A stretch of DNA of 32,032 bases, from contig JAYEKR010000256.1 in assembly GCA_034661115.1 (NCBI GenBank), positions 1 to 32,032 on the forward strand, written 5' to 3'. Under the pieces are notes generated by a model. That model ran no database searches, had not been told where the DNA came from, and saw nothing but the letters and a program-made list of their open reading frames with translations. Positions 25,085 to 32,032 of this stretch are shown one piece after another (the first letter of the stretch is position 1; each line of letters begins with the position of its first letter). The stretch comes from Thermodesulfobacteriota bacterium. Its GTDB lineage: Bacteria; Desulfobacterota; Desulfomonilia; UBA1062. Position numbers and translations under genes: made by a program.

Positions 25085-26116
25085 TCAGGGGAAGAGCGGG
25101 ATAAAATCAAGGCCTGTTGTCACATCCATATTATACATGATATTCATATTCTGTACGGCCTGGCCCGATGCGCCCTTTGTCAAATTGTCGATAACGCTGA
25201 CAATAATAGCACGCCCGGTGAGCTTATTAAGGCTCAGGCCCATTATACACTTATTGGTGCCACGGACATCCTTTGTGGAAGGCCATGCTTTATCCAGAAG
25301 ATGCACAAAAGGGGAATCCTTATAAAATGAGGTGATGGTATCCCTCAGGAGGGCCTCGTCAGCCCCGGTCCTTACATAGATCGTTGAAAGCATGCCCCTG
25401 GTTATGGGGATAAGATGCGGGATAAAATCAATATAGACCTCCTGGCCCGCTACAATGCCGAGTTCCTGTTCAATCTCAGGGATATGGCGATGTTCCCGGC
25501 CCACCTTGTAGGCACCAAAGGACTCACCTGCCTCGCAGATATGCGTCTTGAGACTCAGAGACCTGCCTGCCCCTGAAGCCCCGGATTTGGCATCCACAAT
25601 GATTCCACCGGGATCTATCAATCCCTTTTCGAGCAGAGGGATCAAGGGGATCAGCACACTTGTCGGATAGCAGCCCGGATTTGCCACCAGCCTTGCTGCA
25701 CTGATACGCTCTGCATACAGATCCGCAAGCCCGTAGACCGCGGATGCAAGGAGTTCCGGTGAGGTGTGTTCTTTATACCATTGGGTATAGACGTCCAGAT
25801 CCCTCAGTCGATAATCGGCGCCAAGGTCAATGACGCGGACATGTTCATCAAGCTGCGGGATCATATCCATGCTCACCCCATGGGGTAGACAGCAAAAAAC
25901 CAGATCACACCGGTCATTTATCTTTTCTGCATCAAAGGCCTCCAGTTCCATGTCTGTATATCCCCGGAGAAACCCGAGTACATCTGATATGGGACTGCCA
26001 TTATACCGGTTGGATGAACAATAGGTCAGACGCGCACCTGGATGGGCATACAGGAGCCGTATAAGCTCTCCCCCTGTATACCCTGTGGCGCCAAGTATGC
26101 CCGCAGATACAACCAC
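25085..26116 (-). CDS. argC: N-acetyl-gamma-glutamyl-phosphate reductase
   Basis: GATGYTGGELIRLL NAD(P)-binding motif and active-site ANPGCYPTS, 343 aa. The GTG start at 26116 lies 3 nt after the rpsI stop. Confidence 0.95.
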   Translation of the reverse strand: MVVSAGILGATGYTGGELIRLLYAHPGARLTYCSSNRYNGSPISDVLGFLRGYTDMELEAFDAEKINDRCDLVFCCLPHGVSMDMIPQLDEHVRVIDLGADYRLRDLDVYTQWYKEHTSPELLASAVYGLADLYAERISAARLVANPGCYPTSVLIPLIPLLEKGLIDPGGIIVDAKSGASGAGRSLSLKTHICEAGESFGAYKVGREHRHIPEIEQELGIVAGQEVYIDFIPHLIPITRGMLSTIYVRTGADEALLRDTITSFYKDSPFVHLLDKAWPSTKDVRGTNKCIMGLSLNKLTGRAIIVSVIDNLTKGASGQAVQNMNIMYNMDVTTGLDFIPLFP

Positions 26117-26119
26117 GGA

Positions 26120-26512
26120 CTATCTCTTTGAAAACTGAGACTGCTTCCTTGCCTTGCGGAGACCGGGCTTTTTTCTTTCGACCATCCGTGGATCACGGAT
26201 CAGCATGCCTGCGGCCTTCAATTTCGGCCTGAAATGCTCTTCATCAAACCCTGCCAGTGCCCTGGATATCCCGTGACGTATGGCACCTGACTGACCGGAT
26301 ATGCCTCCGCCCTTTACCGTAGCCATTACATCAAACTGCCCGGTGGTCCCTGTGATATCAAAGGGCTCCATGGCAGACATCTTGAGCGTTTCCCTGTCAA
26401 AATATTCATCAAACTGCCTGCCGTTGATAGTGAATTCCCCCTTGCCGGGAGACAACCACACCCTGGCGGATGATTCCTTTCTTCTGCCTGTAGCATAGGT
26501 CCTGTCTGCCAT
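26120..26512 (-). CDS. rpsI: 30S ribosomal protein S9
   Basis: 130 aa, [13 protein letters not shown] ... [19 protein letters not shown] ... C-terminal [10 protein letters not shown]. Confidence 0.97.
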   Translation of the reverse strand: MADRTYATGRRKESSARVWLSPGKGEFTINGRQFDEYFDRETLKMSAMEPFDITGTTGQFDVMATVKGGGISGQSGAIRHGISRALAGFDEEHFRPKLKAAGMLIRDPRMVERKKPGLRKARKQSQFSKR

Positions 26513-26532
26513 AAGATAGCCTCTCTTTATTA

Positions 26533-26958
26533 TTAATTAAAATCCCTGGGCATCTGTGCCTCGTGGGGATGCGTACCGCCTGCATACACCTTCAGCTTCT
26601 TGAGCTGCGTCCTTCCCAAGCTGTTCCTGGGAAGCATGCCCTTGACCGCATGCATCAGGATATCCTCAGGGCTTTTTTCCAGCAACTTTCTGGCGGTTAT
26701 AGACTTGATTCCCCCCATATAACCGCTATGCCGGTAATAGGTCTTATCTTCCCATTTTTTACCGGTAAGTCGTATCTTCTCCGCATTAACCACAACCACA
26801 AAATCACCCACATCCTCATGGGGTGTATACTCAGGTTTTGTCTTTCCCCTGAGGATAGACGCAATGTCCGCACTGATCCTTCCAAGGACCTTATCTGTTG
26901 CGTCTATGAGTACCCATTCCTTTGTGACTTCGCCTTTTTTCGCAACATATGTCTTCAT
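26533..26958 (-). CDS. rplM: 50S ribosomal protein L13
   Basis: 141 aa, [25 protein letters not shown] ... [10 protein letters not shown]. Confidence 0.97.
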   Translation of the reverse strand: MKTYVAKKGEVTKEWVLIDATDKVLGRISADIASILRGKTKPEYTPHEDVGDFVVVVNAEKIRLTGKKWEDKTYYRHSGYMGGIKSITARKLLEKSPEDILMHAVKGMLPRNSLGRTQLKKLKVYAGGTHPHEAQMPRDFN

Positions 26959-26990
26959 TCAAATACTCCTTACCTTGTAAATAGGGGTCG

Positions 26991-27019
26991 GATATATCCG
27001 AAGAAACACCGGATGTCAA
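26991..27019 (-). promoter_or_regulatory. Candidate sigma70 promoter of rplM-rpsI-argC
   Basis: On the minus strand: TTGACA (27019-27014), a 17-nt spacer, then TATATC (26996-26991). It lies about 33 nt upstream of the rplM ATG, which is preceded by TAAGGAG. Confidence 0.5.
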
Positions 27020-27056
27020 GGGCATATCCGGCCCCCTGCATGAAAACAACCCCCCG

Positions 27057-27086
27057 GTTGTGAGCAACAGCTTATGCGGGTTTATA
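27057..27086. repeat. Solo head module of the mosaic repeat, copy D
   Basis: ggttgtgagcaacagcttatgcgggtttat is comparable to copy A ggttgtgagcgcagaagcgctcatgcgggtttat. Confidence 0.45.
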
Positions 27087-27176
27087 TGGGAAAACTTATT
27101 GCAATCCGCCCCTGCAAAACATGCTTTCCTTTTTGCACTCAAACATAAAAATCACAAAAGGAGCAACCCATACAGA

Positions 27177-27527
27177 TTATTTATTCACTGCATCCTTTTG
27201 AATGGGTTCTGTCTGTTTTGCAGGCATATCAGGCAGTTCAGGCACAAACTCTTCTGATTCTATAACCTCGGTTGTCTCCATAACGCTTTTTTGAGGACCT
27301 TCAAAAGAAAAATAACCCAGGGTAAGGGAGGTGAGCATAAAGACAACCACAAGCACCCTTGTCGCCTTGTTGAGAAAATCAGCAGGCCCTACGCTCCCAA
27401 ACAAGGCCTGGGACCCTGCGCCCCCGAACACCGCACCGATATCTGATCCCTTACCGGACTGCAACAATACGGCAACAATAAGAAGTATTGATGCAGTAAC
27501 ATGAATTGTCAATATAAGCCCATACAT
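27177..27527 (-). CDS. secG: Preprotein translocase subunit SecG
   Basis: Two TM segments with LLQSGKGSDIGAVFGG, and its position after tpiA. Confidence 0.9.
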   Translation of the reverse strand: MYGLILTIHVTASILLIVAVLLQSGKGSDIGAVFGGAGSQALFGSVGPADFLNKATRVLVVVFMLTSLTLGYFSFEGPQKSVMETTEVIESEEFVPELPDMPAKQTEPIQKDAVNK

Positions 27528-27534
27528 AACTGAT

Positions 27535-28290
27535 CTATCCCCTGAACCTTATTATTTTTCCAAACGAGGAAGCCTCCAGGCTGGCCCCGCCGACCAAAGC
27601 GCCATCGATATCCGGTTGGCACATGAGGTCATCGACGTTTCCCGGCTTTACGCTGCCTCCATACAGGATGCGCATACCCTCTGCCCTGTCCTTTCCTAAA
27701 ACCCCCTGGATGGTTCCCCTGATATAGGCATGTACCTCCTGCGCAATATCAGGGGTTGCGGTCTTGCCTGTACCTATAGCCCAGACAGGCTCATAGGCAA
27801 AGATAATGGATACAGCCTGTGCATCGGTTATCCCTTTGAGACCCTGTCTTATCTGCGTCCCGATGACATCAAAGGTTCGTTTGTCTTGCCTTTCTTCAAG
27901 CCTTTCTCCCACGCATACCACGGGTATAAGCCCGTGTTTGAGGGCAGCAATAAGCCTTTTGTTCACGGTTTCATCTGTTTCATGAAAATACTGCCTTCTC
28001 TCGGAATGCCCGATCAGTGTGTAATCCGCACCAGCATCCTTTGCCATGGACCCGCTTATCTCTCCTGTATATGCACCCTCATCCTCCCAGAAGATGTTTT
28101 GTGCACCTGTTTTTATCTTTGTCCCGCTGAATGCCCGAGAGAGAGACTCCAGATATACAGCGGGTGGGCAGACGAGGATATCCCTGTCAGAGACATCCTT
28201 GACTTTTGAGCACAACTCTTTTGCAAAGGCCTTTACCCCATCTTTATCCTTGAACATCTTCCAGTTGCCGGCTATCATTGGCCTTCTCAT
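27535..28290 (-). CDS. tpiA: Triosephosphate isomerase
   Basis: IAGNWKM, IGHSERR, AYEPVWAIGTG and YGGSV motifs. Confidence 0.96.
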   Translation of the reverse strand: MRRPMIAGNWKMFKDKDGVKAFAKELCSKVKDVSDRDILVCPPAVYLESLSRAFSGTKIKTGAQNIFWEDEGAYTGEISGSMAKDAGADYTLIGHSERRQYFHETDETVNKRLIAALKHGLIPVVCVGERLEERQDKRTFDVIGTQIRQGLKGITDAQAVSIIFAYEPVWAIGTGKTATPDIAQEVHAYIRGTIQGVLGKDRAEGMRILYGGSVKPGNVDDLMCQPDIDGALVGGASLEASSFGKIIRFRG

Positions 28291-29483
28291 AAACCCTCCT
28301 GATTCTCCAGAACCCTGACCCCGGGCAGAACCTTTCCTCCAAGCATTTCAAGAAAGGCCCCTCCAGCGGTGGATACAAAATCCACCTGGTCTATCAGTCC
28401 GCTTCTATGTAGTGCGGCATCTGTATCACCACCACCGACAATGGTCAATGCCTTTGATGCCGCGACATATTCAGCCATACCAAGGGTGCCATTGGCAAAG
28501 GCATCAGACTCAAATACACCCATGGGGCCGTTCCATACGATGGTTGAGCATCCATCCAGTGCCTCGGAAAACAACTTCAGGCTTGCAGGACCGATATCCA
28601 GGCCCATAAGGCCTTCGGGGATCTCCTGTATGGTCTTTGTGCAGAGACCCGCATCCTCTTTCGGACCCAAGGCGCATATGCAGTCAACAGGAAGATAAAA
28701 CCGGGTATGATTTTCCTTTGCCTTCTCCATGATCTCAATCGCCTTTTGAACAAGGCCTTCCTCCACAAGGGATTCCCCTGTTTCCTGCCCCAATGCATGG
28801 ACAAAGGTAAAGGCCATACCGCCTCCAATAAGGATCTTGTCCACCCGTTCCACCATATTCTCAATGACCTCCAGCTTGCCTGAGATCTTTGCCCCTCCAA
28901 TAACCGCTGCCATGGGCCTTTTGGGAGACTCCAGCACCTTAGAGATAATGTCCACTTCCCTGAGCATCAAAAAACCGGCCCCGGATTTGTCCACATAATC
29001 GCAGATACCCACGTTGGATGCATGCGCACGATGCGCAGTCGCAAATGCATCATTGATAAAAACATCTGCAAGGCCGGCAAGCCTTTGCGCAAAACCAGGG
29101 TTATTCTGCTCCTCTTCTACATGAAACCGCAGGTTCTCAAGAAGCAAAACCTCACCGGGGTTCAATGATTCAACCATTCCCATGACCTTGTCGCCCACAC
29201 AGTTAGGCGCCATGCTTACACTTGCACCAAGTAGCTCGGAAAGCTTGCGGGCCACAGGCACAAGGCTCTTTGACCTTATCACCTCTCCCTTTGGACGTCC
29301 GAGATGAGACATAATGATTACCCTTGCATGATGTTCCAATGCATATCGTATGGTGGGCAATGCCCCCTGTATGCGGGTATCATCCGTAATCGTACCCGCA
29401 TCATCAAGTGGAACATTGAAATCAACCCTGATAAGAACCCTTTTTTTATCCAGATCCAGATCCCTTATGGATCTAATGCCCAT
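28287..29483 (-). CDS. pgk: Phosphoglycerate kinase
   Basis: I prefer the ATG at 29483 (MGIRSIRDLDLDKKRVLIRVDFNVP) with AAGGAGGT upstream. RVIIMSHLGRPKG and the remaining PGK motifs are present. ATGA overlap with tpiA. Confidence 0.95.
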   Translation of the reverse strand: MGIRSIRDLDLDKKRVLIRVDFNVPLDDAGTITDDTRIQGALPTIRYALEHHARVIIMSHLGRPKGEVIRSKSLVPVARKLSELLGASVSMAPNCVGDKVMGMVESLNPGEVLLLENLRFHVEEEQNNPGFAQRLAGLADVFINDAFATAHRAHASNVGICDYVDKSGAGFLMLREVDIISKVLESPKRPMAAVIGGAKISGKLEVIENMVERVDKILIGGGMAFTFVHALGQETGESLVEEGLVQKAIEIMEKAKENHTRFYLPVDCICALGPKEDAGLCTKTIQEIPEGLMGLDIGPASLKLFSEALDGCSTIVWNGPMGVFESDAFANGTLGMAEYVAASKALTIVGGGDTDAALHRSGLIDQVDFVSTAGGAFLEMLGGKVLPGVRVLENQEGL

Positions 29484-29652
29484 ACAAACCTCCTTGTCTG
29501 GTGTATAATCAAGAACAATGGTTTTTATTATTCCTGCTGTGCATGGAATAAATGCCTTTGCTGACCATGGAACGTATCTTTCCCTTCGCAAACCACGAGA
29601 CCATTTATATCATCTTTGTTTCAGGCAAAAGATCTTATTGCATATATGCTGT

Positions 29653-29681
29653 TTGACGAATAAATCCTTTAGTTGTATTAT
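29653..29681 (+). promoter_or_regulatory. Near-consensus sigma70-type promoter
   Basis: TTGACG (29653-29658), a 17-nt spacer, then TATTAT (29676-29681) on the plus strand. The next plus-strand start codons are 150-230 nt downstream. Confidence 0.4.
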
Positions 29682-29915
29682 ATATACCGGCTGTCAAGAC
29701 AATGTCAATGAAAAGCATCCCTGTTGCAGCGACTTTTGGGCTGTCCCGGGCTGAAAACAGGTTCGGCTTTATTACCTGGGGTTTGTCTTTACAAAATAGT
29801 TTGCCAGAATGCATATTGCGGCCAGGACCCATAATTATACATGAAAAAGGTGGGACACCTGAATATCTCTGGCAAACCGGCTGAAGAGAGACTGTATCTC
29901 TTGATGGAGGATAAA

Positions 29916-30542
29916 ATGAAAAATATTCTGGGGCAGCAATTTTATACCCTGATCGGCAATCTGATCAAAGGGAATACAACCAGGGCAAAGACCATTGCCC
30001 TGTCTTATGCCCAACAGATTGACGCGGACGGACTGGAGATCGTCTCTGAAGACCTCATAGAAAAAATGGCCAGCGCCCAGGCAGGCAAAAATGCCCTTGT
30101 CAATTCCCCTTCAATCTTTCCCGGGATCGGCACCCTTATTGCCTTCTTTCTGCTTAGCGCGGAAAATTTCATTCAGCTTGATCAGACCGTAACCCTGGTC
30201 CTTGCCCTTCTTTTTCTGCACAAGGTGCCAATGGACGCAAACGAGACCGTCCAGAATCATGTCATCCATGTCATCGGAAAGGTTTATCACCTTACACCGG
30301 ACACACCCGCAAAGGAGTCACAAGATATCACACAGTCATATATGACCAGCGTCCTTCCACAGAGATACATCAACAAAGGCCTGAACCGGGGCATAAACCA
30401 CCTGGGTACAAGATTGTTCCCCTTAAAGCGCAGGTCCAGGCTTCTGCCAGCCGGGATCGGCCTTGTTTCCACTATGATCTATGGCTATGAAACAACGGTC
30501 AGGACCGGAAGGATCACCCTTGAAATGATAAAGGGGCTGTGA
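29916..30542 (+). CDS. Hypothetical protein, possibly EcsC family
   Basis: GGAGGA lies 4 nt upstream of ATG 29916, with alternative starts at 29904 and 29841. The glycine-rich segment SPSIFPGIGTLIAFFLLSAENFIQLDQTVTLVLAL resembles the EcsC core. The assignment is tentative. Confidence 0.45.
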   Translation: MKNILGQQFYTLIGNLIKGNTTRAKTIALSYAQQIDADGLEIVSEDLIEKMASAQAGKNALVNSPSIFPGIGTLIAFFLLSAENFIQLDQTVTLVLALLFLHKVPMDANETVQNHVIHVIGKVYHLTPDTPAKESQDITQSYMTSVLPQRYINKGLNRGINHLGTRLFPLKRRSRLLPAGIGLVSTMIYGYETTVRTGRITLEMIKGL

Positions 30543-30596
30543 TCAAAGATCAGCACTCAGAAACCAGACAAAAAAACCGCTTCTTTGCTGTTCCTC

Positions 30597-31013
30597 TTAT
30601 TCACCAATAATCTTTACCAGCACCCTCTTCCTGCGCCTGCCATCAAACTCACCATAAAAGATTTGTTCCCAGGGACCGAAATCAAGCTGGCCATCTGTAA
30701 CTGCAACCACAACCTCACGCCCCATGACCTGGCGTTTTATATGACCGTCTGCATTATCTTCCCCGACATTGTGGTGATAATAGTCCACCGGTTCATGAGG
30801 CGCCAGTTTTTCCAGCCACACTTTATAGTCATGATGAAGCCCGCTCTCATCATCGTTGATAAACACGCTGGCTGTAATGTGCATGGCATTGCAAAGGACA
30901 ATCCCCTCTTTGATACCGCTCTGCTGCAGGCACTCCTGGACATCAGGAGTAATATTGATAAATTCCATACGGCTTCTGGTATTGAACCACAGTTCCTTAC
31001 GGTACGACTTCAT
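30597..31013 (-). CDS. yjbQ: YjbQ/UPF0047 family (secondary thiamine-phosphate synthase) protein
   Basis: 138 aa. [24 protein letters not shown] and [13 protein letters not shown] are hallmarks of the family. Confidence 0.9.
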   Translation of the reverse strand: MKSYRKELWFNTRSRMEFINITPDVQECLQQSGIKEGIVLCNAMHITASVFINDDESGLHHDYKVWLEKLAPHEPVDYYHHNVGEDNADGHIKRQVMGREVVVAVTDGQLDFGPWEQIFYGEFDGRRRKRVLVKIIGE

Positions 31014-31070
31014 AGGGCCTCCCTCTTTAACGTTTAAATCAGCGGTGCGGTTTTTTGCATCCGCTGGATT

Positions 31071-31376
31071 TTATTGTTGGGCAGAATGCTCAGACCAAGG
31101 TTTGATCTTTATTATTATATTATCAAGAGCCCGTTCTGCAACTTCCGTATCGTGGGCAGCTTGAGCACGCAACCAATAACCGTTGGACAAACCAAAAAAC
31201 CGACACAACCGTAAATCAGTATCAGCTGTAATCGAACGTTTACCTGCGACAATTTCACTGATACGCTGAGCGGGAACACTAATTTCCTTTGCCAAACGAT
31301 ACTGGCTGATACCCATAGGCTTGAGAAACTCTTCAAAGAGGATCTCGCCAGGCGTGATAGGTTTGAGTTTGCTCAT
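31071..31376 (-). CDS. higA: HigA-family antitoxin (XRE-type HTH)
   Basis: ITPGEILFEEFLKPMGISQYRLAKEISVPAQRISEIVAGKRSITADTDLRLCRFFG is the canonical HigA pattern. A GAGGAG Shine-Dalgarno sequence is present. Confidence 0.9.
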   Translation of the reverse strand: MSKLKPITPGEILFEEFLKPMGISQYRLAKEISVPAQRISEIVAGKRSITADTDLRLCRFFGLSNGYWLRAQAAHDTEVAERALDNIIIKIKPWSEHSAQQ

Positions 31377-31388
31377 AATAAATTCTCC

Positions 31389-31669
31389 TCAGTGGTAATC
31401 AACTATTTCCACGTTTTCTGCACCTGCATCCGTCCAACAAAAGCAAACACGCCACTGATCGTTGATACGAATGCTGTATTGACCGAAACGGTCACCCTTG
31501 AGCGTTTCAAGGTGGTTTCCGGGCGGCACTCTCAAATCTTCAAGTCGATTAGCGATTTCAAGTTGTCTAAGCTTACGCCGCGCAACATTAGCAATATTTA
31601 CAAATCGCCTGACATTCTGGCCTTTTGAGAGTGTTTGTGTGTGTGTTTACATTTGAAAGATCTGATCAT
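31389..31669 (-). pseudogene. higB: higB toxin gene (RelE/HigB family) with a frameshift in an (AC)5 run
   Basis: ATG 31669 gives MIRSFKCKHTHKHSQKARMSGDL then stop. The -1 frame continues TQTLSKGQNVRRFVNIANVARRKLRQLEIANRLEDLRVPPGNHLETLKGDRFGQYSIRINDQWRVCFCWTDAGAENVEIVDYH to TGA 31391-31389. The total is 281 nt (3n+2), and removing one AC unit gives an intact 92-aa HigB. Confidence 0.8.
31636..31646. repeat. (AC)5A / (GT)5 dinucleotide microsatellite inside higB
   Basis: Plus strand tgtgtgtgtgt at 31636-31646, read directly. Confidence 0.95.
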
Positions 31670-31740
31670 GTATTACATAACAACGCATAACGTGATTAAC
31701 GTCAAGCGTGATCGTGGACACCCAACGCAAAACTGAGTGG

Positions 31741-31824
31741 TCGGGGGCTTTATGCTGATAACCTCTGCATGATTAAAATTTATGTTAAAGCCGAAACCTT
31801 CAAGAGTAGCTCAGTAGCCCCCGA
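31741..31824. other. Long-range 9-bp GC-rich inverted repeat (tcgggggct / agcccccga) enclosing 66 nt of AT-rich sequence
   Basis: 31741-31749 and 31816-31824 are perfect reverse complements. A second small hairpin agcga-cttgt-tcgct follows at about 31833-31847. Function unknown. Confidence 0.5.
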
Positions 31825-32032
31825 TCCATTCAAGCGACTTGTTCGCTGGCGAGATGTTGTATAGTTATTTACTCAAGTTTCGCACCCCTATGCGGAATAT
31901 GTCAATGAAAATGAGACACATTGTTCAAAAAATTAAACTCGAATCATCTGGCACCATATCTGTTTTGGGTTTGTTTATCCAGGCCGCTTTTGGTAATTCC
32001 GGTGGCGTTGGCACATTGCCCTTTAACCCTTT

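Noticed and set aside
31805-31830. gagtagctcagtagccc, resembling a tRNA D-arm
   Set aside because: No cloverleaf can be folded around it. It is part of the long inverted repeat reported separately.
32009-32020. TGGCAC...TTGC-like sigma54 promoter motif (tggcacattgcc)
   Set aside because: The GG-to-GC spacing is too short for a -24/-12 promoter (about 6 nt instead of 10).
31899-32032. Open frames running off the right edge on both strands: plus strand MSMKMRHIVQKIKLESSGTISVLGLFIQAAFGNSGG..., minus strand ...PTPPELPKAAWINKPKTDMVPDDSSLIF ending at 31925
   Set aside because: Both are open, short and without recognisable motifs, so I cannot decide which (if either) is real without the flanking sequence.

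Overview
This is a 32-kb chromosomal window with no rRNA, tRNA, CRISPR array, transposase or integrase that I can support. Synteny (rplM-rpsI-argC, pgk-tpiA-secG, lptF-lptG, an 8-gene MoxR/Bat operon) and abundant mosaic palindromic intergenic repeats suggest a Desulfobacterota (deltaproteobacterial) genome; that is inference only. Housekeeping blocks on the minus strand are lptF/lptG (36-2179), the complete Bat operon moxR-DUF58-DUF4381-batABCDE (5405-13573), argC-rpsI-rplM (25085-26958) and secG-tpiA-pgk (27177-29483). Between them lie accessory or less-understood loci. (1) An Hpt / REC-PP2C / RsbW-type kinase cassette (2456-4397) is bracketed by inverted copies of a mosaic repeat. (2) A decayed toxin-antitoxin locus (4887-5385) has an in-frame amber codon in the antitoxin and a deletion scar. 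(3) An AT-rich island (about 14594-16750) carries an intact parDE pair, a divergent RpoH-like sigma factor and a Shine-Dalgarno-led 32-codon uORF coupled to an EamA transporter. (4) An omptin-family protease, a PilZ protein, a HAL2-type nucleotidase and an ADP-forming acyl-CoA synthetase alpha-type protein follow. (5) A tightly overlapping operon encodes three small lipoproteins of unknown function (22069-23646). (6) A higBA locus has a toxin gene frameshifted inside an (AC)5 microsatellite (31389-31669). I found no clear-cut novel system. The best leads are the repeat-bracketed signalling cassette, the triple-lipoprotein operon, the uORF, and the two differently inactivated TA loci. All family assignments come from motif recognition by eye and need database confirmation.
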